From an uncultured Bacteroidales bacterium (lineage in GTDB: Bacteria; Bacteroidota; Bacteroidia; Bacteroidales; WCHB1-69), in contig CALAVA010000238.1 in the NCBI GenBank assembly GCA_937892025.1, forward strand, positions 43,784-107,783: DNA of 64,000 nucleotides, read 5' to 3'. The notes under the pieces are model-generated. The model made no database searches. It had not been told where the DNA came from and was given only the letters and a program-made list of their open reading frames with translations. Made by a program: the position numbers and the translations under genes. Below, piece by piece: positions 36,901 through 44,000 of this stretch (positions within the stretch are counted from its first letter, which is position 1; each line of letters begins with the position of its first letter).

Positions 36901-37436
36901 ATGATGTTATAACTTGTGAGCCATTTAACCACCCTGCAAATAGCAAGCCTGATAAAGATAATCCTATGTTCATACCAGCACAAACGGTTGAAGAAGGTTA
37001 TGCGTTTTCAAATTGCATTGATGACTTGCTGATACTTGAACTTTCTGTTAAGTTTAATTTTCCTGAATATGCTGAAGATTATGATAAATACATAAAGAAT
37101 GGTGAGAATCTATATTATTCAAATGGCTTTATAATGAGGGCAGAAGATTATGATAGATATGCTGAATTTATGTATAAATGCCTTTGTGGATATTTGACAT
37201 TTGCAAATATCAATAGTCAAGAAGAATTGGCTGAACATGTTAGATATAATCTTGAAACAAATAAGTATATAAGATATGAAAAGGAACAGATAACAGATGC
37301 TGGATTTAAGTGGCAAACAGAAATCGGTGGCTTTTTGTCTGAAAGATTGTGGACATTATGGGTACAATCTAATTTCAAAGACGAAAGAATTTATAAACTT
37401 CCGTATAATAAGATGGAAAATAATATGTATACATAA
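33915..37436 (+). CDS. four-domain glycosyltransferase: GT-B (GT4-like) + DUF4422 + GT-A (Glyco_tranf_2_4/GT92-like) + DUF4422
   Basis: 1173 aa.
- N-terminus: 'GGAIGPSEIW...LAENGYKVYVF' and 'ETFSINGIENAYAKNACIFG' (GT4-like).
- First DUF4422: 'VYIIAHKDF..VLQVGSA...DNTGDNISEKNKFFLDTTGVYWAWKN...YRRDF'.
- GT-A module: 'LLCCIGRLENQYIREYVEYNRNLGFTNICLYDNN...DWIAFFDIDEF'.
- Second DUF4422: 'PLQVGAANG...DNTGDNISDKNYFFIECTGTYWIWKN...YRRPL'. Confidence 0.8.
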   Translation: MRNVGIYNYVFSKNFIWDEKGGAIGPSEIWSIMISNKLAENGYKVYVFGNPNGEHTAENGVVYLNCDKISETCKNVKFDHIILNRTVGCLGKISNCDDIILMVQDDVILESDSTEERNYVNKVNTIMYLSEYQKDNLMKKYGLNEDIFKRSIIGIEMGLYDWISVEKKNKMVLSGGIHSNMRWFIENVFPKIKKEVPDFEVDACCFFDEYENLEFLKTEGVNVVCGVSREDMAKRQLESKIWVYPNTGYDSEYNDDRETFSINGIENAYAKNACIFGKFGCLRTIFNEYDGFVGESLYSGLDKPIEYESLDRFGELLAKEAIKCLKDEDYRQSLVKQTYEIAKKYTWDNAVSTFLEMFSDSEKSVMVYIIAHKDFPYLIRDNIHTVLQVGSAINGDLGIGICDNTGDNISEKNKFFLDTTGVYWAWKNSPHYDYIGTQAYRRDFGLSKSEIVDILKTHDVIASPFFVPNSLYEQYKACHIIKDLEECEKIISDLYPEYGDKFSHFIRETNKLYIGCGCIAPYEKYNEINSFVFSVLFEFENRYGFKTHEEWVDYAEKSGQNLMPEDHKKSGLSSAKYQERLLGFLYERIFTFYVCENYKNIYEKEYIRLDKEYEKMNTKVLLCCIGRLENQYIREYVEYNRNLGFTNICLYDNNRDGEDDFRDVIGDYIDSGYVILKDKRNVTTPCQLQSYNECYAEYGDKYDWIAFFDIDEFMFMYKEKNVASFLSNERFDGFDMVHLNWVLFGDDDNVYNTGLPLLQRIRKPLDINACYMFYFPETFHIKSIVRGGLKRMVFNSTPHTPSIDGKCCNSYGLECDKNSPFAPYDFRNGGIMHYTTKTAEEYANKVNRGFCDGNPVKKEELINLFFKRNKVTEEKIKLFKDKTGVDVSYLLPYDGKKSDEVKIYSLCYQKKEFKFLDDGVVTPLQVGAANGTDVCALKDNTGDNISDKNYFFIECTGTYWIWKNVHDAKYKGQMQYRRPLVGVNDKMDFDEIFSKYDVITCEPFNHPANSKPDKDNPMFIPAQTVEEGYAFSNCIDDLLILELSVKFNFPEYAEDYDKYIKNGENLYYSNGFIMRAEDYDRYAEFMYKCLCGYLTFANINSQEELAEHVRYNLETNKYIRYEKEQITDAGFKWQTEIGGFLSERLWTLWVQSNFKDERIYKLPYNKMENNMYT

Positions 37437-38254
37437 TGAAAAAAAAGAAGATTTTGATATTATCAATGCTTACAAATCAAGCAAAGTATATTATGCAATC
37501 AAACATTGTTAAAAATACATGGGGAAAAGAAATACTAATAGGAAAATATGATAATATGCAATTGTTTTTCTTTATGGCTTCTGAAAATGGAACTGAGTAT
37601 ATAGATTATGAATCTAATATAATATATGTTAATGCTGATGATGGATTTTGTCATACTGGCGAAAAGCAATGTAGAGCGTTTAAGGTTGCAATTAATGTTT
37701 TTGATTTTGATTATGTTATTGTAACAAACACAGCCACTGTTTTAAACTTAAAATTGATTGATAAGTTTGTTAATAGTGATGTTATTGATGAAAATTTGTA
37801 TTATGGCGGAAATTTTATTCTTCAATTAAAGAAATATCCATTTTTCAGAGGTGATTTTATTCTTTTATCAAGAAAGAGTGTATTGAACATAATAAACAAG
37901 TCTAAAGATGTTGATTTTGTGGATTGTTTTGCAAATGATTTGTATATTTTTGACGCATTAATACGAAATGATTTAACTACAGATACTTTTTTAAAAAAGT
38001 TTAGATGTGTGAAATGTATTGATAACTTTAAGAATGAATTTTCATTAAATCAAATTGGGTCTAATTTTTATATTAACACAAGAATGAAAGACATAGAGAA
38101 TTCTGATTTGGTTATAAATAACATTGTTGGCTCGTATTCTTTAATGAATAGCGATAAGAGGGACTACGAATTTACTAATGATAATTTAGTAAAGCCGATT
38201 GATGTTGTTGAAACCGTTATTGGTAAATTTAAATTAGAAAAAATTGAAGAATGA
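37436..38254 (+). CDS. putative glycosyltransferase-like protein (weak GT31/Fringe-like pattern)
   Basis: 272 aa. 'IVKNTWGKE' and the later 'YYGG' and 'FDYVIVTN' loosely resemble GT31 (R..ai..TW ... DDD ... yyG), but no clear DxD is present. The start overlaps the upstream stop (TAATG). Confidence 0.35.
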   Translation: MKKKKILILSMLTNQAKYIMQSNIVKNTWGKEILIGKYDNMQLFFFMASENGTEYIDYESNIIYVNADDGFCHTGEKQCRAFKVAINVFDFDYVIVTNTATVLNLKLIDKFVNSDVIDENLYYGGNFILQLKKYPFFRGDFILLSRKSVLNIINKSKDVDFVDCFANDLYIFDALIRNDLTTDTFLKKFRCVKCIDNFKNEFSLNQIGSNFYINTRMKDIENSDLVINNIVGSYSLMNSDKRDYEFTNDNLVKPIDVVETVIGKFKLEKIEE

Positions 38255-38359
38255 AAGTACTTTTATGGTGCATGTTGGTAAAGAATATGAAAAGTATTTG
38301 AATGATAAAGAACGAAATAGAGACTATAATTCAGAATTAATGTAATTTTTAAGAAAGAA

Positions 38360-38384
38360 ACACGGCATGTCCGTGTTTTTTTGT
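38360..38384 (+). terminator. rho-independent terminator
   Basis: ACACGG (38360-38365) pairs with CCGTGT (38371-38376) across a 5-nt loop. TTTTTTTGTTT follows. Confidence 0.75.
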
Positions 38385-38424
38385 TTATAATTAACGATTA
38401 TTTTTTATATTTGAAAATATGGTT

Positions 38425-38438
38425 ATAACTATTTATTA
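38425..38438 (+). promoter_or_regulatory. ATAACTATTTATTA motif (candidate phage promoter) upstream of the baseplate wedge operon
   Basis: A motif-family member, 16 nt upstream of ATG 38455 and just after a terminator. Confidence 0.45.
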
Positions 38439-38454
38439 AAGAAAATAAAAGATA

Positions 38455-38844
38455 ATGGCAGTATATCAAAAATACGGAATAAAATACCCATTTACGTCTG
38501 ATAATGATGATAATGTTTTTTTGGATTTAAACAACACAGAAACTGACGATGTAAAGTCAAAGGTATTACATGTTATATTCACGCCAAAGGGCCAAAAGAT
38601 AAGGGACCCTGAGTTTGGTACTGATTTGATAAAATATATCTTTAGCCAAAACGATGAATATAGTGCAAGCGAGATAAAAGATGAAATTAGGTCACAGATA
38701 TCAAAATATGTATCCAATGTTGAGTTTAGAAATTTTAATGTGTACAAAGAAGAAGGAAACGAAAATTCAATTATAGTTTCAATCGAATATGGAGTAAAAA
38801 ATGGTAATAATGTTGATGTTACAACTATTGGAGTAAAATTATAA
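38455..38844 (+). CDS. baseplate wedge protein, GPW/T4 gp25-like
   Basis: 129 aa. 'VLHVIFTPKGQKIRDPEFGTDLIKYIF' matches the gp25 signature T..GeR...P.FGs.l...lF. Confidence 0.85.
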   Translation: MAVYQKYGIKYPFTSDNDDNVFLDLNNTETDDVKSKVLHVIFTPKGQKIRDPEFGTDLIKYIFSQNDEYSASEIKDEIRSQISKYVSNVEFRNFNVYKEEGNENSIIVSIEYGVKNGNNVDVTTIGVKL

Positions 38845-38847
38845 AAA

Positions 38848-40776
38848 ATGGAGAACGGAATATCTTATTTAAACAGAAATTTTGAGGATTACAAGAATGC
38901 ATTAATAGAGTATTCAAAGAAATATTATCCTGATTTGGCAAAGTCTTATGATGATGCTTCTGTTGCTGCTTGGATGATAGATTTGGCTGCTGACGTTGCA
39001 GATAATTTGTCATATCACATTGACAGGGTTTATCAAGAAACAAATATAGACAGCGCACACGAAATGGGGTCGTTGTATTCCATAGCAAGGAATAATGGCG
39101 TTAAAATACCTGGCCCAAAAGGTTCAATGGCTGAAGTTAAGTTTAGTATCATACTTCCAGTCGATGACAACAGGCCAAATTATAGTTATGCACCGATAAT
39201 AAAGAGGGGAACAAAAGTTTCTTCTGCTTCTCAAATATTTGAATTGCTTAATGATATTGATTTTGCAAATCAGTTTGATGAAAGTGGAAATAGTGATAGA
39301 ACTGTTGTGCCAAACGTAAACACAAATGGAATTATTACTGGATACACGGTTTCAAAACTTGCTGTTGTTACTGCCGGTGAAACTCTTGTTTATAGGCAAA
39401 CAATATACCCTGGTGACGTTCAACCATTTATGGAAGTAATATTGCCTGTTGAAGGCGTTATGAATATTGAATCTATTGTTGTTGCTGATGGTGCAGACGA
39501 TAAAAGAGTACCTCCAACGTATGGAGAGTTCTTTTCAAGTGGCTGTACTGGCCTTACAAGGTTTTATGAGGTTGAAAACCTGGCACAAAAATGGGCTTGG
39601 GTTGATATGGAAAACAATGGAAAACCTGTAAGATATAGGTATGGCTATGGAATTAATGGAGAAAATGCATTGGTTCAGTCTTATTGTGTTACAAGGGGAG
39701 AATGGAAGCCAATAGAGCATAAATTTATAACAGAATATATGGATAATGGCTATCTTAAAATTACATTTGGTGCTGGGTATGGAAATGTGCCTGATTTGGC
39801 GGGAACTGATATGGCTGAATTCTCGAAATGGCAAATAACAAAGATTTTGAATAATAACAATCTTGGTGTTTTACCAAATCCGAATAGTACAATTTTCATT
39901 TTGTATAGAGTTGGAGGAGGAAGAACAAGCAATGTTCCAAGAAGAGCAATAAATAAAGTTGTGTCTTTGAATGCTGAATTTAGAGGCGGCCAAGCCGTAG
40001 CAAATTCGGTGTATAACTCATTAAAGGTTGAAAACACAACACCATCTGTTTCTGGTAAAGATATGCCAACAGAAAAAGAACTTAAATATTTGATTAAGTA
40101 CAATAAAGGCTCACAAGAAAGGTGTGTCACTGTTAAAGATTATATTGATAGAATTTTAAGGTTACCACCAAAATATGGCACACCATTTAGAGTTGGAGTT
40201 ATGGAAGAAAACAATAAAATAATGGTTTATCTTCTTGGAATTGACTGCGAAGGAAAACTTGACGATTCTTTGCCGATGGCTATGGTCAAGAATATTGAAG
40301 ATTATCTTTATGGATACAAGATGATTAATGATTATGTTGAAATAAAGGCTGGTAGGATAGTTAACTTATCATTTGATATTAATGTTATAATTGATAAGAA
40401 TTACAGCAAAAGAGAGGTTGTTTCAGATGTAATCAATGTTGTATCAAGATATATGGATGTGAACAATTGTTTTATGGGAGAAGAAATATATGTTGGTGAC
40501 ATTGAGAAAGAAATTTCAAAGGTTGATGGTGTTATAAATCTTATAAGTTTCCTTGTTTATAACGAACACGGGGCTGGATATTCAAATACACAAATAAGCC
40601 AAGAAACTATTTCGAGAAATGATTTTGAAGATGATGAAACATATTATCTTGGAGATGGTGACGCTGATTTGATAGACATTGAAGCAACTGACGGAATTTT
40701 ATATAACGACGGTGATAGCATGATGGAAATAAAATACCCAGAAAAAGATATTAGGGTAAGAATAAAAGAAAAATAA
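38848..40776 (+). CDS. baseplate wedge protein, Baseplate_J / T4 gp6-like
   Basis: 642 aa. N-terminal 'NFEDYKNALIEYSKKYYPDL...AAWMIDLAADVADNLSYHIDRVYQE' and C-terminal 'ERCVTVKDYIDRIL...VEIKAGRIVNLSFDINVII' fit the J-like pattern. It directly follows the gp25-like gene. Confidence 0.75.
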   Translation: MENGISYLNRNFEDYKNALIEYSKKYYPDLAKSYDDASVAAWMIDLAADVADNLSYHIDRVYQETNIDSAHEMGSLYSIARNNGVKIPGPKGSMAEVKFSIILPVDDNRPNYSYAPIIKRGTKVSSASQIFELLNDIDFANQFDESGNSDRTVVPNVNTNGIITGYTVSKLAVVTAGETLVYRQTIYPGDVQPFMEVILPVEGVMNIESIVVADGADDKRVPPTYGEFFSSGCTGLTRFYEVENLAQKWAWVDMENNGKPVRYRYGYGINGENALVQSYCVTRGEWKPIEHKFITEYMDNGYLKITFGAGYGNVPDLAGTDMAEFSKWQITKILNNNNLGVLPNPNSTIFILYRVGGGRTSNVPRRAINKVVSLNAEFRGGQAVANSVYNSLKVENTTPSVSGKDMPTEKELKYLIKYNKGSQERCVTVKDYIDRILRLPPKYGTPFRVGVMEENNKIMVYLLGIDCEGKLDDSLPMAMVKNIEDYLYGYKMINDYVEIKAGRIVNLSFDINVIIDKNYSKREVVSDVINVVSRYMDVNNCFMGEEIYVGDIEKEISKVDGVINLISFLVYNEHGAGYSNTQISQETISRNDFEDDETYYLGDGDADLIDIEATDGILYNDGDSMMEIKYPEKDIRVRIKEK

Positions 40777-41015
40777 TGGGTTGTGGGTGTAAGGCAAATC
40801 AACAGATTTCGTTTTTGCAGAAGAAATATGGAAGTAATATTCCAGCAAGCAAAACGACAAAAATCAGAGAAACTACAAGTAATGCAGTAAAAAACGTTTT
40901 GCTTGGTGTTATGCTGATACCAGTTGTTCCAATTATTCTTGTTGGATTAGTCGTAAGACATTTTTTTACAAAAAAACCAATTAATATAAAAAATACTTTT
41001 AAAATTGAAAATTGA
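40776..41015 (+). CDS. small single-pass membrane protein
   Basis: 79 aa. One hydrophobic helix, 'VLLGVMLIPVVPIILVGLVV', flanked by basic residues. The start and stop overlap both neighbours (TAATG, TGATG). Confidence 0.55.
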   Translation: MGCGCKANQQISFLQKKYGSNIPASKTTKIRETTSNAVKNVLLGVMLIPVVPIILVGLVVRHFFTKKPINIKNTFKIEN

Positions 41016-44000
41016 TGTCAGAAATAAACAAATCATATAGAATAAGTACAAAAATAGGGAATGGGATTACAGATGACTATATAACAGTAGACGCTGGCCT
41101 TGTTCAAGATTACGACACTTTTGAAGTGCTTTCTTTGGATATTAAGAGTTCAGATGCTTACAGGCTTCATAATTCAAATTATGGCGTTATTGTTGGTAGA
41201 GTTCTTGCAAATAATGGATTCGGTATTTCTAATGCAAAGGTAAGTGTGTTTATACAAATTGATTCTAACGAGCGATTTGATATTGGAAATATTTACCCAT
41301 TCACTTCAAGCGTTTCTTATGATAGAAATGGCGTAAGGTATAATTTACTTCCAAATGATAGGGTTGATGGGTGTCATCAAGTAGTTGGAACGTTTCCTAC
41401 GAAGAGATATGCGCTTGATAATGATGTTATTCTTGAAGTTTTTGACAAGTATTATACATATACTACAAAAACAAACAACGCTGGTGACTATATGATTTGC
41501 GGCGTTCCTGTTGGTGCTCACACATTACATATGGACTTGGATTTATCTGATTGTGGCATATTATCACAAAAGCCAAGGGATTTTGTTTATAAGGGATATA
41601 CAATAGAACAATTTGAAAGCCCAACAAAATTTAAAAATGGAACTGATTATGAAAACCTTAGCCAAATATTCACACAAGACCAAGTTGTAAATGTTAATCC
41701 GTTTTGGGGAAATGATAGTCTTGGCGAAACTATAGGTATTACAAGGGCTGATATTAATGTTAATTTTAAATTTGAACCTACTTGTGTGTTTATGGGTTCA
41801 ATTGTTAGTGATAATGCTTCAAATGGATTTTCAAAGAAGTGTGTCCCAACAGAGCATATGGGTGATATGGATGAACTTGTCACTGGCGAGGGAAAAATAG
41901 AAATGATTAGAAAGACACATGATGGTGCTGTTGAAGAATTTCAGGTTAAAGGAACAAAATTGATAAATGCAGATGGAGTTTGGTGTTATCAAATTCCTAT
42001 GAATCTTGATTATATGGTTACTGATGAATATGGTAACATGGTCCCAACTGATAATCCTGAAACTGGTATACCAACAAGGGCACGTGTTAGATTTAGAATA
42101 TCTTTGAACGATAACGAAGAGAACACCGATAATTTCTTTAGGGCAAAAGTTCTTGTTCCACACAATCCACAAGATTTACCAAATGGCACACACGAAGGAT
42201 ATGACTATGAGTTTGGAAGTTATACAAGGGAAGATTCATTTAGGGACCTTTTCTGGAATAATGTTTATTCTGTAAAATCATACATACCAAGAATTCAAAG
42301 AAGTAACGGGTTTAAAACACAAAAATTTTCAGGCATTAAACATTGTAACATATATGGCCAAAATAATCCTATGCCATATAATAACATAAGGATTAAGTTG
42401 CCACTTATGTTTACTATTATGTGTGCGCTTATTAAAACGTTTGTGTTTTTAACTAAACTGTTAAATACTGTTATATCGTTTATTGGGTATATTTTGGCTG
42501 ACATTGGAACTATACATTTTTTAAAAATTAGAAAACATGAAGATGTATCGTGGTTTAATATTAGAGCGTGGGAAATAAGCTGGGCTCCTATATTTTTGGG
42601 CGCATATATAAAGGCGGTTAATTTAAAGCTAGTGGTTTTAAAAGATGGACTTTGCCCTGATTTGGAAAATTGGTACTTTGCGCCAATGTTTAATATTGGC
42701 AGTAATTTTATTAAAGGTGATGATAATTGGAATTTAAACATAAAAATATTAAAAAATTGTAGTGGAAAATGCCCGGAACCTATTGACTGTGAAAATATGA
42801 ATAATATGTATGGCCTTGAGGAAGGAACAGAAGACAGTGGAGAAGACGATAATGGTAGTACTTATAGCGGAACTTCGTGTAACATGCCAACATATAATAT
42901 ATTACAGCAGACAATTAATTATGTTTTGGGCGAAGATGACGACGGGCACCAAACTGAAAGCATACAAGACGATGACCCACATTCAATAGATGACCAAAAT
43001 AAGGATGATGAGGACGATGAGGCTGCTTGTATAACAATAAAAACGGATTATTTACTCCCTTGTATCGAAATGAATTTAGCGCAAGAATATAAGGTTATAA
43101 ATTTTGATTTTTATAATGATTGGATTAATGGAACAATATATAATCCAAGATGGGTTAGGTTCGTAAAGAAAAAAGTAAGATTTCTTTGGATTACTTGGCA
43201 TAAAGACAAAGTAAAAGGTTGCATGGATGATACAAAAATCTTTTCAACAAAAAGAAATTATGTTCAACAATGTGCAATCGGGTATAAGAGTGAAACTGTT
43301 AATGGGTATAATGTAATTTCAAAAGTAGAGAACCCATTAAATAATGCTTCGAATTTAATTCCTGTTAGAAAATGGAATAAAATGCACAAAAAACCTGGCT
43401 TTAAAAAAGAAGTTGTTTTTGGGATAAGAGGTGGTATATCTCACCAATCAACAACGATGAAAGGTCAATTTGTTTATTATTTGAAGCCTTGTGAATGGAC
43501 ATCTTCAACTGGCAAAAAAGTTAATTTATATGCAACGGATATAATTTTATTAGGGACGTTTAATGATTGCGATTTAAATGGTGTTCCAAGCACATTCCAA
43601 CATTTAAATAGTACAACTTATATTATGCCAACTAATTTGGCGCTTACAAATATGGATACAGACGGGGCATTATATGCAACTGATAATGGGACATTGTGCG
43701 TTGGAAAATCGGCTTCGGCTTCACAAACGACAAGCGGAAGTGCTATAGACAATGGCATAATTGAAATTAGTGGGAGCGGTCAAACGCTTGGTGCTGAGTT
43801 AAATTATTATAAAAATTCATCAACTTATAATATTGCAGAAAATTATGACATTTTTGACGGTGATGATAGGTTAACTCCTGGTGATACAATGGCAATGACA
43901 GAGGCCGCTGGTGTTGCTTGGAACTATACAGGTCCTGGACAAGGAGAAATTACGGAATTGGAAATGTATTATCCTGGCGGACATTTCTTAGGTCTGACTT

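Noticed and set aside
38274-38354. 26-aa ORF (MVHVGKEYEKYLNDKERNRDYNSELM) between the glycosylation island and its terminator.
   Set aside because: It is too short to support and has no recognisable motif. It may simply be 3' UTR.
40776-40793. The N-terminus MGCGCK matches the dual-acylation SH4 motif of eukaryotic Lck (MGCGCSS).
   Set aside because: Bacterial hosts have no N-myristoylation machinery. A 5-residue match is expected by chance.
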